The notes under the pieces were generated by a model. The model searched no databases and was not told where the DNA came from. It saw only the letters and a list, made by a program, of their open reading frames with translations. Positions 12,924 through 27,662 of a DNA stretch of 64,000 nt are shown one piece after another; position 1 is the first letter of the stretch, and each line of letters starts with the position of its first letter. The DNA is taken from assembly GCA_038496445.1 (NCBI GenBank), contig JALMLS010000448.1, forward strand, positions 1 through 64,000, written 5' to 3'. Made by a program: the position numbers and the translations under genes. Source of the stretch: Trichosphaerium sp. ATCC 40318 (taxonomy: Eukaryota; Protista; Tubulinea).

Positions 12924-14953
12924 ATGTTTAGCGCGTTTTATGCTCGTAACTCAATAGTTGTACTACGTAATATGCCTCGCGCGCGCGCTCGACTGTATAC
13001 AAAGCAAGCACGAACTGATAAGAAAAAAGGTTATTCAAGGTACGTGTTAGCGATGATAATAGTCTAAAAGATCTAAAAACGCTAAAATCGCACGCAATAG
13101 TGTTTTTAGCCTTTGATTGGTAAAAAATAATACTAATTTACACTTAGAGTTGGCTCTACAGGCACCCACGCGAAATTATACCACTCTGCAGGTACAACGC
13201 ATTTTTTAAGACAAGATAATGTGAAACGCCGTTTAAAATGCGCTTTTTCTATTTTGAAAACGCTACGACGCCCGCAACACGTAATTTAAACTCATGCGCA
13301 CAGTATCAGCAACAAATTCTGAAAAAAAATAACGCTCAAAAGTGAAATCTCCAAAAAAAAAAAAGTTTTCGTGCTAATTTTCTTCGTCTTGTAGGGTTTT
13401 TTCGTTCGAAATATATTAAAGAGAAGCAAATGAATATAGAGAAAAATAGACCAGACCGTATGAGAAAGTTATACTCATGGGCTATACCACGTATAGCTGA
13501 TTTTGAGCTTGCGAAACAAGAACTTGATTTTTTAAAGAAGAACAACATGGAGCCAAACCATTACACCTATTCTGCTGCTATATCAACAGCAACAAGTGTT
13601 AGAGAGGCTACAGATCTTTTAACTGAGATGAAGGAAGCCGGTATTAAGCCAAACATACATACACTTCATGCTCTTCTTACAGCTTGCCGTAAAACAACAA
13701 GCATTGATGAAGTCATGAAGTTCTTTTCCGAGATTAAACAAAGACCCGAAGAGTTCACACCTGATGTTGATACTTACTTTATTATTGTATCTTGTCTCAT
13801 AGATAACGATATGCTTGATAGAGTTGAGGACGTACTCAAAGAAATGGAGGAATCTAGTATTGATTATAACGATGATATTCTTATTCTTGTTATTCGTCAG
13901 TTTTCTACTGAAGGTAATATTGAACGTTGTGAGTATTATTTTAAAAAGATTGGTGTACCTACAAGACGTCTTTATAATGTATTACTTAACTCTTATGTTG
14001 ATAATAGAGAGTACGATAAAGCGAGTGAGATATTCAATGATATGAAACTTAATGTTGGTGTTGATATAGTTGCTTATAATACTATGCTTAAGACATTTCG
14101 TCATCAAAATGATCTTGCTGGTGCTATAGCTCTTTTAACAGAAATGAAGATTGTCAAGGTTAGCCCAAATACAGCGTTCTATGAAGTTATAAATAGAATG
14201 TATTTGGAGAATGGTAAATGGCTTCAAGCATCAAGACTTACTCATTCACTTGAAGAATCTGGAAAATCAAAACCTTCTTGTGCTATGTTTACAGATCTTA
14301 TTGAGTTCTTGAATATATCAAATATATCTATTACAAAGGACGATGAAGGTCTAAAGCAGCAGATCGATACTCCTTTATCAAAGTGGTGGAAGGCTAAATC
14401 TGAATCTGTCAATATGGTTAAGCTTATTATTCAACAAGTTAAGCATCTTAACTTAAAATGTAATGTTCGTTTTTATAATATGTCTCTTTTAACATATGGA
14501 AGACTTGGAGACTTGGATTCTTCTATTGAGATGCTACAATATATGCAAAAAAACAGTCTTGTTTCTTTGGTTACTATGAATAGTATGATTGAAGTATTTG
14601 GTATTCATGGTAGGATTGATAAGGCTCTAGAGATATATCAATCTCTTTTAAATGGATCGGAGGTTTCAGGGAAATCTGTTAAGCCTAATGTGAATACATT
14701 CAAAGCTGTTTTATTAGTTTTAAGAGAAGCTGAAAGATGGAATTCTATGATGATTGTATCTTGGGATATGGAAGGTTATAAGAAAGTTAAGGCTTCTCCT
14801 CTTGTTGAAAGACTTATTGATTATGCAAGAGAAATGTTAGGATGGAATAAGGAGCAAGAAGAAACAGCTAAAATAGATTACGAGACACAAACAAAAAAAA
14901 AAATTGAAGAAAATGGTGATGTAGTTCATACAAAACTTAGTGTAGAAGACTAA
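12924..14953 (+). CDS. Pentatricopeptide-repeat (PPR) protein, probably mitochondrial
   Basis: 35-aa repeats (PNHYTYSAAI, PNIHTLHALL, PDVDTYFIIV, DIVAYNTML, PNVNTFKAVL); Arg-rich presequence MFSAFYARNSIVVLRNMPRARARLY in upstream exons. Confidence 0.9.
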
Positions 14954-15393
14954 TTGATTGGATAACAAATTAATAAATTTCATTTCGACAGAGTTCTTAC
15001 ACTTCTAGTTGTTGCCACCATACTTGACACTAGCGTTTCATAGGTATGTGACACGTGGGTTAACATTACAGACAGCGAAGCGCAACACGAGCCTAAAGCT
15101 TGTAAGCTAAATTCAGATTGTGGGAGGTGCCTTATGTAGTGATTCGTCTTACTTTGGAGTTGACTAAACGCACGGATAGTTCGACTTCTGCCATTTTTTT
15201 ACAATTTTGTAAATTGTCAATTAAGTCACCTGTTGTAGTATCACGCACATGTGCTACATCAACAACCACTGTCGTGGTTATATCGGGGCGTATACTCATG
15301 TTTGAAGCACTACATTTGTATTTTCAAGTACAACGCGCTAAAGCGCTCCAAGAAGTGACTAAAAATGAATTCATACGCCTTGGGGCTTTATAG

Positions 15394-17873
15394 ACACGAA
15401 ATAAACGCATTTAGTAAAACACTAAACGTAAAGCACTTAAACCAGTGGTACGACGTTACTCCTGGCGAAATACGCGCAATATCGAGAGGTGGAACATCGT
15501 ACGCCTATTTTCGCTCAAGAATACCATTTTAACTGATTTTTTGAAAGAAAGCTGCTTCTTCACGATATTCCGCGTTTTCTTGCTTCTGCTTATCCTAAAT
15601 TTGATTGGGACAGCACACGATTCAAGTACGTTACCTCTGAAAAAATTTGTAAGTACTTGTTCTGTAACACGTGACACAAAAAGGAAAAAACAGAGCAAAC
15701 CGAATTTTTGGACAAAAAGAAAAAATAGAGCCGACTTTGTTCAGAATGAGGGAGAACGACTTGATGTTAAAACATTAGATGATTGGTACTATTGGTCCCT
15801 TGACGACTTTAAATATAAGAATATGCTGTAAGTGAAACTGAAGGAGTACGTCGGGCTTCTCTAACTTTTTTTCAGAGCTCACTACAATAACTCTCTGGCG
15901 TTATGTCTTGAAGACCTCTTTCCTTCCTTTGATTGGATTCCTTGGAACTTTAAGTAAGGCTTCAATCTCCCCTTTGGGATGGTATAGTTGTAATCCATTA
16001 ATGGCGTTTATTAGGAAAACTAGAAACTCGTTCTGGTTGAAGAAAGAAAACCAGAAAAATAAAGTAAACTCAATAGGAGAACTATTAAATATTAAGACAT
16101 TAGATGGATGGTATACTATCAGTATAGAGGTAGCAAACCGGTATAGTATTGGAAGTATTGTGTATGTGAATTAGCTTTTCGTGAATAATTCTGTATACAT
16201 GCTAAACACTTCACTAGTAAGCACTATAATGGTTCTCTTGCATTATGTTTAGAAACTTTGTTTCCAAATTTTGAATGGCATCCATGGCGGTTCAAGTACA
16301 GTTTCCTTCATCCTCATTAATTAGTATTAATTACACCTAGTTCGGTGACTCAATATGAAAACTTATGGAACGATTTGATAGCACAAAAAGAAGTTCTAGA
16401 TACTTTCGCTGAGAACAATAATATGAAAACATTAGACGAGTGGTATAAACAAAGTTTCCAAGAAAGCAAGGTTGTGAATGCTATTATAAAAAGGTACCCA
16501 TAATGCTGAATGTACTGTTCTAAACAACAATAGATATGGTTCAGTATACAGTACAGTAAAAGTAATATATCCCAACTTTGCTTGGCGTGACGTAAAGTTC
16601 GAACAATGGAAGAGGTACATGCTTTTTTCTGATTATTTTCTTGACTACTTTTTACTTTCTCGTTAGTAAAGCACCTTGGATGCTATGGGTAGATGAAGAT
16701 AAACAAAGAAAATTAATGAACAACATTGCTAAGGAACTTGGTATCAAGTCATTAGATGATTGGTATAAAGTTGAAAAAGCCACTTTGCATCGACTTAAAG
16801 CTCGTTCAATTCTGTACTGTCAAATAATCTCACCCTTCTTTACACTTATAGTATTAATCAAGGAATATTCATGGATCACTTGTGAGCTGTTTAATGACTC
16901 TATACCCAAATTACAAATGGTCACAATGGAACTTTAAAAAAACAGGATTTTGGGAAAAGGAAAAAAATCGGAAACTTTTCCTAATGGCAGTCAAGGAAGA
17001 GTTTAAAATACAAGATCCTAACATGTGGTATGTGGTTTTATAGTATTGATATGTAGAGATAACAATAATATTAACAACAATTTTAGGTATCGCGTATCGT
17101 ACCAACGTCTTAAAAATTTTGGTGGCAATGGAATTAAGCAATATTGGCCACATGCGTTAAAAACCATCGAACCTAACTTTTCTTGGTCATGGAATAAGTT
17201 TAAAGTTACAATGAAGCAATCTAAGCAAATGTACGCTTATCCATCCCATCTATACAGTCAGTTGATTGAGGTCCTCAAATAGTTTTTTAAACCTTTAAAA
17301 AAAAGCAATGAGAAAATACGCCAGTTCGTTTGTGGCGAAAACGTGTGTTGCAATGACGTGACCAAAGGTCTTGACGTGTAATTGATTTCAATTGTTAGGC
17401 TTATGGCTCAAAGAGTTCGTGAAATATGGCCTTATGTAGATGTTATAGAGGAAGCTAATATTACATCACGTGATTTTGGTGGAGCCGGTTTAGTTGTTGA
17501 TGTATATGTTCCAAGTGTTAGTATCGCTTTTGAGTACCAAGGTGAACAACACTACGATGATGTTTTTGTTTGGCATTCTACACACAAGCAGAAAATACTT
17601 GACTCTGAGAAAAAGCAGCAATGCAATGCCATAGGTGCGTTCCTATAATTTGTTTTCAGTTTGTTAAAACAGTTGTTTGTAGGCATTTGCTTGATTCCTA
17701 TACCTTATTGGTGGGCTGGTGATGTTTCTTCCCTGATCGCTACCATACATCACTATAAACCTGATATTAAGCTGAGTGTACCCAGAGGAGTTGTTGCATT
17801 GCTAGAAAGTGAGAATTCAACATCAACTGAAGAAGATGAATGTGTAAACATCATGAACCCTCGTCACTTGTAA
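15394..17873 (+). CDS. Protein with six ~70-aa Trp-rich repeats and a C-terminal PD-(D/E)XK (RAP/Vsr-like) nuclease domain; 5' end uncertain
   Basis: Repeat cores LNQWY, LDDWY, LDGWY, LDEWY, LDDWY, PNMWY, each followed by roughly GSL..CL..L(F/Y)P...W..W.F; C-terminal VVDVYVPSVSIAFEYQGEQHY...DSEKKQQC...IPIPYWW. Confidence 0.85.
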
Positions 17874-18015
17874 ATAAATAAGAAGTAAAAAGCCTTTTAA
17901 TAGTAGGAACTTAGTGTCACAACTTGTAATTTACATTGTAATTTTGTATTACCAGTTTATGCTTGTCTGTTTCGTAAAATAAAAAAAATTGAGTTTTTAC
18001 TACTGTAGTTTACAT

Positions 18016-20302
18016 TTATACACCCCTGACACTGCAATAACTAAACCTACAATTTGGTCTCATAAGTGCAAACATAGCTAGTGTTCTTGCGTGTATTGGT
18101 AGTACTGGAGAAGCGCCAGTGTATAAATACTTTAACCGCCTCAGGTGTGTAAGGCTAAAAAGTTTGAATAAGTGCAAACCAAAAAAAAAAAAAAACAACA
18201 TCAATTCAGTTGCCGTACCACATTAACTGTGCGTCTGTTATTGGAAATGATACATAAAGTTTTCTTAAACACTTGAGAGTAAATGCTATAGATGATATAA
18301 AATGACTTGGAACTTGAGCATGACGCATAGCAGTACCCTACATAAAACAGTTCTTAGTTGAATAAAAGCCAAGTTGGAAAAAAATAAGAAAATTTTTTTT
18401 ATGGACTTTGTTGGTTGCCTTCGTTGTAATAGTTTGAATGGTTTTTGTTTTGGTGTAGGCACCACACTGCGTTTTTAACAAAACACAATGAAAACAATTT
18501 TACCTTCAATACAAGTGTGCGTAGGTTTGTTAAAGATAAAACAGCTGTGAATGTTGACTCATCTGGGCGAGTAGCAAGGTTTGTTGTGAATCTAATTTAA
18601 AAAAGTTAGTACATGTATATTTATATGTTATTTGCAATAACAGTTGTGTCGTACACTTCAAGGAATGTCAAGTTTGTCAGTAGGTGTAGGTTAATGTAAA
18701 CGCTGAATCTATTTTTGTGGTTGATCAAATGCAGCTTTTGTAGTCTAGTCCACTGAGCAAAATTGGCCAAATCAGGTGAACCATAATTAGGTCGTTTACT
18801 CCATATCCCCATACTCTAAAATGAAAAATCAGACCTTTCCAAATAAGCCATTTGAAGAAACAAAAGAAATCAAAAAAGAAAATAAACACCCTCACTCAAG
18901 TGCCAGCAAGTGCGGTACGTTATATAAGATACTAAACAAAAAACACGTTTTTTGCACGTGATAATGATAGAGTAATAACACATGAAAATATCTATCTAAG
19001 TGAACAACAAGTTTTTTTGTTTTTTTGATTGACTTTTTTTTGCTCACTAGCTTCTCCTGACAACACGAATCATGACAGGTTCACAAGAAAATAAACGTAT
19101 GCATAAATATATAAAAGAAGGTACGTACCCTTGTATCGGATAAATGAGAAATACAACGAAAAGGAAGATTAACAGGAATACAAACTTCCTTTGCTGTTCT
19201 AGAAATCCTTAAAATCTTATCATGAAGTATCCAAAGATTCCTCAAATTAGGTAACACAGTAAAATCAACTTGTTCAGTATGAAGCGGTGTGCGTAAAGAC
19301 AACACACGTAGTGTTTGTAGTGATGTGAGTTCGTTAATATAGGGTTTATACGATAGAGTATCGGTGACATCAAAACTAAAATTTAAGAGCTTTGGGAGCG
19401 TGAATCCGGTCATATCTATAGTTCCTTGACTGTTTCTAACTGATAGTTTCGTCATACGTGTTAATGTGTTTAGTTGAGATAACTGAACTCGATGTGTTAG
19501 ATCCAAGTGAAGATTAGTAAGTTGAGTCATATCAGCGAACATTGATATATCCATCTTTGTCCATTCTAAGCTCAATGTACAAATCATACGAGTTGATGTA
19601 ATCCGAGAAAGAAGAGGATCAACGAAAGGACCCTATTTTCGTTTTAAGCACGTTTATCACGTGATAGTATAAAAAACTGGATTTCTTATTTGTAAAAGAC
19701 GTTATTCGAAGTAATAATAGTTACACATACCTCTGCTGTGATAAGTCGAAGGTACGGGAAAAAAGATAACTTTTTTTGGAAGTCTTCTATTGCTTCTGGA
19801 GATAGCACCCTTTCTGGGCATTTGCTCGCCCGAAGAGCTCGTACTTGTGTTTGTATACTTGTTGGTGGTAGTGGCTGCCATTTTACACCATCGTGGTTCG
19901 ATACATGGTAAGCTATCAGGCAAGAAAGTCAGTGACAACAAAAAAACCAAAAAACCACTTCATTTTTTTCTTCGCAACGCACTGTGTATTACTCTACTAC
20001 ACATTCTCTTCCATCTCCTACTAATGTATCTGGAGTTATACCAGCTTTTAGTTGGCTTTGGACCGTTCCCACCAGTAACGGATCTAATTATTATCAAAAC
20101 GCGCTTATAGTTATGTATTATGATTGAATACGCGTGTAGTAGTATGTACAATGTTAACGTACGTTAAAATTAACATAACAACTTCGTCTGGTAGATTGCT
20201 AAATGGACTAGGTACAGCACACTTAATACTTTGCTCAGACACTTTTTTACGTTTTGCTGCTGGCTGAGGAGGCGTAAATTGTGTTGTATTTTGTTCAGTC
20301 AT
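18016..20302 (-). CDS. F-box/leucine-rich-repeat protein, multi-exon
   Basis: FSNLPDEVVMLILTYV F-box; LxxLxxLxL repeats (LTNLHL, LTSLQTL, LPNLRNLWI). Confidence 0.75.
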
Positions 20303-20393
20303 TCTGAATTCTGGTTTTACAGCATGTACAGGGTTTGTAAGACTGAAATTAACGAAAAGACTGAAATCTGTTGACGGCAAATTTGGGCTTTTA

Positions 20394-21831
20394 ATGCTTT
20401 TATTTAACTCAGCTTTGCGTCAATTACGCACACATAGCATTGTTAGTTCCAGGAACGTTAGAATCAAACGTAATTACTCTGTTTCAAGCACCCGTCCAGC
20501 AAACCTCATCAAAATGAAGTCCCTCACTTTTTTCGGCACATCTAGTGGAAAACCAACATCTACACGCGGAGTCAGTAGCTACGCACTAAATTTAACTCAA
20601 AGAACATGGATCATCGATTGCGGTGATGGTGCGGCTTTTTAATGCATTAATTATTAATAATCCGCTATCAGGAAGTCAAAGGCAAATGATGAAAGCGAAA
20701 ACAAAATTATCGCGTATTTCAACCATTCTGCTTACTCACTTACATGGAGACCATGTTTTTGGTTTACCAGGGTACGTTTTTATCGCCATACATTGACAAC
20801 TGAAAAATAAACGATAAAATCAGTGAACGCTAAACCAAAAACATAGATTACTCGCCACCTTGTCATTAGCAGAAAACCCAACTGGTGAAGTCACCTTGAT
20901 AGGTCCAAAAGGAGTCAAAGAGTTCATAGAGGTCGCAATGCGTATCTCTGAGTCTTACATTACTTATAAACTCAACGTGCGTAAAAAAGAAAAAAATAAG
21001 AAAAATGGTCGAGTTATTTGTTTACACGTGTTTAGATAAAAGAACTTGAAAGTAATGTTGTAAATGATCTCGGTATCATAGATGATATGAAAGTAACAGC
21101 TATCCCGATTTCTCATAGGGTAAGAGAGAAGAAAGTTGGTTTTTATGTTTTAGATTATAACAGTTGTTGATTTTAGGTTGAGTGCTATGGTTATCACATT
21201 AAAGAGCCTCAAAGACCTGGTAAGCTTGACGCTTCAAAAGCAAAGGAACTTGGCGCAAAGGGTAAAGATTTTGGTGTATTGAAAAGCGGAAAGGATGTTA
21301 CATTAAGTGACGGCACAGTTATAAAAGGTTAAGGAATTTTCTATTTAGTTTGAGGTCCTAAGTATCTCTTTCTTAGCTGCCGATGTTGTTGGTGAAGTTC
21401 AAGAAGGTAAATCTGTATTACTTCTAGGTGATACTGCTGATGCAAGCTCAACCCTTGAGCATGCCAGAGGTTGCGATTTGCTCGTTAGAGAAGTGACCTA
21501 TGACAAAACAAAGAAAGAAGAAGCAATTGAAAGAGGTTACAAAGTTTTATCTCTTGTTTTCTTAGTAATTAATCCCTACTAAGGTCACTCCACATCTGCT
21601 ATGACTGGATCATTTGCTAAGGAAATTAAGGCAAAGAAAATGATAATCACACATTTTAGTCCTCGTTATGATACAAAAAGTAAACTTACTATACAATTAT
21701 TTTGATTACTTATACAATATCTAGGCGCTGGAGATCTTAATGTTGAATCTTTGGCAACTGAGACTTCTGATGCTTGTCCTGATACTGTAGTAGAAGTAGC
21801 TAATGATCTACAAACATATACAATCGTTTAA
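20394..21831 (+). CDS. ELAC1: Short-form RNase Z (tRNase Z, metallo-beta-lactamase fold) with a mitochondrial-type presequence
   Basis: LTFFGTSSGKPTSTRGVS, IDCGDG, THLHGDHVFGLPG, GDT, GHST and THFSPRY motifs; second in-frame ATG at 20514. Confidence 0.92.
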
Positions 21832-22072
21832 AAAGCAGGTTTTGAAGTTGGTTTTGAACTCAAACAATAAAGATGTTTTTAATTTTAGCTCTCTACATTT
21901 GGTTTATCGTAAGAGAATTGACCTTAAACGTTGACAGTAAGTTTAAGTTGTTGATGGGCAGCTTGTAAGTTATAAGAGTACTTTGGGCACTGTGCCAAAG
22001 ACGTTAGGCTAAGACAATAGAAACTTGTTGACCTTCACCCTAATAAGCTCCTAACACTTCTACTGTAGCAAG

Positions 22073-22914
22073 ATGGCCGAACCTAAACATACCACTGAAG
22101 CTCTAATATCTAAACTAGACTATGACCCGTTGAACTGTGCTACTATGAACCGTTTCAAGCCACTTATGAATAAAACTCACTGTATTTTCGCAAAACGATC
22201 AGTAAGCTGGGGTTCAAAGGACTGGGACGATAAATTATCGTTGGAAGGTTCGTCGGTTATTCAAATAAAACCAACGAAAAAATCTCACTTTTTCCGTTTA
22301 GAGAATGTCTCAGCATCTGTAGACGCTCTAACTTTATTTACAAAACTAAACCCAAAGGATGGAAGTGACAAGAGCTCAAAACCTCCTGATAACTTTATTA
22401 TTGAAGTAAGAGGAGCAGAATACGGTGACACTTTAGAGCACTTTTGTTCTACAGTTGGACGCGTACTCCGCTGTTTATCTAATAAAGACCCAGAAGGTAC
22501 ACGTTCAGCTAATAGGCAAGGCTAATGTTCTATGTTTAAGGCTATAACTGCATGGATGCACCAAACGTGGGGCGTTGTAAAATGGGATGGCAATTTAGCT
22601 TCAACGGTATTAAAATATTCATTGTCACATTCGCTCCTTGCTACCCTGAAACAAGTCCTCGTTATCAATTCGACTGTCCTAAGGACTCTTGTTTTATTCT
22701 CCTTCAAGGAGAATTCACTTTTGGTCGAGTAAACATAGGAGGCTTTAAAGAAAAGGATCCAACAAAAGTGTCTGCTTTGAAGTTGACAAACAGAGATAGG
22801 ATAAGACGATTATTCATGTTAAAGAATAGACCTTTCAGTATTGATTGTCTACCACTTGTCGTTAAACCTACAGATGAGTTTGGTAGCGAAGATTTAGAAC
22901 CAAAATGGTGGTAA
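22073..22914 (+). CDS. YqcI/YcgG-family protein (putative heme-dependent arginine N-hydroxylase, DcsA/GntA-like), 3 exons
   Basis: HCIFAK, LRCLSNKDP, WQFSFNGIKIFIVTFAPCYPETSPRY, FILLQ and RDRIR blocks, in the order typical of the family. Confidence 0.7.
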
Positions 22915-23119
22915 TAAACTGTGCAATTTCAAAGTTTTACCCAGTTGTTCATTTGATAGACATTGTATAATTTTAGCATGATAACAACCATACGCTGTAG
23001 CAATACTACGCCAATGGAAACTCGTCAACATTTCTAAATGTCAAATGTCAAATGTGACACATGGTTCTGGTATTATTCTGAAAATTGACGATTTTTTGTT
23101 TACAAACAGATTTACGACT

Positions 23120-25249
<2,130 letters not shown>

Positions 25250-25632
25250 AAAATACCCTCGTAAATAGCATACATACGGCGAAGACTACAGGTTAATACA
25301 ATTTGAAATAACTTTTGCTTCCACAAAGGGTGTTGGTGTATTATGAGCGGTCAAGTAAAAATCGATTTCGCACTACTCTTTCAAGAGAATACGAGCTTGT
25401 TTGAAAAAGTGTACGTCTGTTTGGAATGTTCGTGAAGCGCTACTGAGGGTCTTTGTTCAAGGAGGATGGAATCAATGAATAAAAAACGAATTCGTAACTA
25501 GCAAGCGTCAACCTTGTGTAGAAACAAATCGATAGCATTTTTACATCAGTGTGACGAGTTTGTGCGAAAACTCGCAATAAATTACATAATTCTCATTATC
25601 CGTTAACGTTAACACCTTGTGAAAGTACAGCA

Positions 25633-26589
25633 ATGGATACACTACCTCTAGAGCTCGTTTATATGGTTTTCAGTTACACCAACAATGAACGCTACCCGTT
25701 GACGCAAACATGCAAATTATTCGCTGATATAGTACACAACGACCTTGGTTACAGAAACGCCTATCTCAAAACAAAGGCCGATTACGAAAATGCATCAAAA
25801 CATCAGGGTGTATTAAAAAACACTCTATTAAGCATCTACAGTAGCGTAACGGATGAAGATTTGAAGATTTTATCAGGAGCGAAGCATATTTACCTCCACG
25901 GATGCCGAGATATTACAGATAATGGATTGAAGAATCTTGCTGGCATTAAAACACTGATATCACGGAGAGGCTCCTTTTTGAGACCTAAAAACCCACTAAC
26001 GGATGATGGCATTATACCTCTTGCTGGTATACACACAATTGATCTTCGAATGTGCCCTCTTCTCACTGATAAAGGCCTGAAAGCTCTTGCTGGCGTACAC
26101 ACAATAAACCTTGAAACTTGTTCAAAAATTACAGATGTTTCACCACTAGCAGGGGTACACACTATCAACCTAGCTGGGTGCACTGGAGTAACAGCCAAGT
26201 CATTAAAAGCTCTTAAGGGAGTATATTCAATCAATCTTACTATGCTTGATGTTGTTTGCAAAGATGTGCTTGAGGCTTTTAAAGGTGTACATACGATTGT
26301 TTTACAGAATTGTGGTGGGTTGAGTTCTAACAGTCTTATTGGTCTTGCAGGAGTGCATACAATAAATATTTCATTCTGTAGAGCTATTTCAGATGCAGAC
26401 ATAATAGCACTCTCTGGAGTACACACAATTTCTATGGCATGTACATGTATTACTGATGAAGGTCTCAAGGCATTGTCTGATGCGTATTATGTTGATATAA
26501 GCGGCTGTCGTAATATTACAAAAGTAGGAGTTGCACATCTCGAAAATGTGCACAGAGTATTAACTCATGGTTGCCGACAATTAGAGTAA
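25633..26589 (+). CDS. Intronless F-box/LRR (AMN1/FBXL-like) protein
   Basis: MDTLPLELVYMVF F-box; 22-aa repeats LAGVHTINL..C..ITD.GL. Confidence 0.9.
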   Translation: MDTLPLELVYMVFSYTNNERYPLTQTCKLFADIVHNDLGYRNAYLKTKADYENASKHQGVLKNTLLSIYSSVTDEDLKILSGAKHIYLHGCRDITDNGLKNLAGIKTLISRRGSFLRPKNPLTDDGIIPLAGIHTIDLRMCPLLTDKGLKALAGVHTINLETCSKITDVSPLAGVHTINLAGCTGVTAKSLKALKGVYSINLTMLDVVCKDVLEAFKGVHTIVLQNCGGLSSNSLIGLAGVHTINISFCRAISDADIIALSGVHTISMACTCITDEGLKALSDAYYVDISGCRNITKVGVAHLENVHRVLTHGCRQLE

Positions 26590-27083
26590 AAATTGTACTA
26601 AAAAAAAAAATTGAAGATTCTCAATAAATTCTTATTGTTGTTTGTTCGCTCGTTAGTATTTTACTTTGTTCTTGTCATACAAGTAGCAAAGCACCTAATA
26701 AGATAGCTCAAAGCGTCGAAGCGTGATAAAGCTTCGCATAAATGGCACAACGAATTGTTGCCTCAATCTTGTCATATTGCGCTGGGAATATGCCATTTTA
26801 TCGATTTCTGCTCGCGGCAGTCATGAAATAATAATATACTGAAGCAACAGTTGAGACAATTTAAGAGCCACAAAGTTTGACGCCTAAGAAAAAAAATAGT
26901 CGTAGGAATGATAGTCAACGCTAGACAAGACAGTTGAATTGCGCCCATACAACAACAGTACATTCCAGTAACCTGTACGCAGTTTTTTTATAGTGTAAGC
27001 TTACGTATTAACAAATTAAAATATTAAATTCAAAAAGCGAAATATTTAGCTAGAAGCAACCGCTTACGCTTTGTAGTTACAAA

Positions 27084-27428
27084 ATGTTGAGATTCAGCCA
27101 AAGTTATCTTATGCGATGCGCACAACGAAACGCAGCCATCCAAACTCGTACATACTGTGCTGCAACCCAGAAAAAGGGAATGTTCACACAGTTCGCTGAG
27201 GCTAGGGGCATTAAATCAGTATCACAACACCTAAAAGAAGCTCTACCAGCTCGCGAGGCCGCTCAAGCTAAAACATGGGTCGGTAAACATAAAATCCAGA
27301 ACCAAGCGAAAGAAGGAGGCGCAGTCACTCTCTCATTAGCGCGATTTCTAATCGCTGGAAGTTTAATATTCATAACATACCATGGCTACGGCGGTATTAA
27401 ATATTTGATGACACCTTCAGAGGAATAA
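27084..27428 (+). CDS. Small putative mitochondrial protein with one C-terminal TM helix
   Basis: AAAATG start context; Arg/Ser-rich N-terminus (MLRFSQSYLMRCAQR); hydrophobic C-terminal segment. Confidence 0.65.
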   Translation: MLRFSQSYLMRCAQRNAAIQTRTYCAATQKKGMFTQFAEARGIKSVSQHLKEALPAREAAQAKTWVGKHKIQNQAKEGGAVTLSLARFLIAGSLIFITYHGYGGIKYLMTPSEE

Positions 27429-27662
27429 CTGCTTACAAAAACCAACAAAAATTGCCGTATACGCCCACAATTCAAGATATCTACTATCTAACCAAATACA
27501 ACAATGAAATGAGTGTGAAAAAAATAAATAAACACTTTACGGTTTACACGCATGTTTACGTTTACAACGGGCGTGTTTCTAGTGAACTTTGAATCTGAGA
27601 GTAGTAAGTGACAGGTGTACGACTTAGCTACTTTACGCATTACCAAGTGTCTAAGCGGTAAC

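Noticed and set aside
12977-12988. (CG)n run as a Z-DNA or regulatory element
   Set aside because: Encodes PRARAR in the PPR presequence
25890-26468. 192-aa antisense ORF
   Set aside because: Shadow of the repetitive LRR coding strand; no independent motifs
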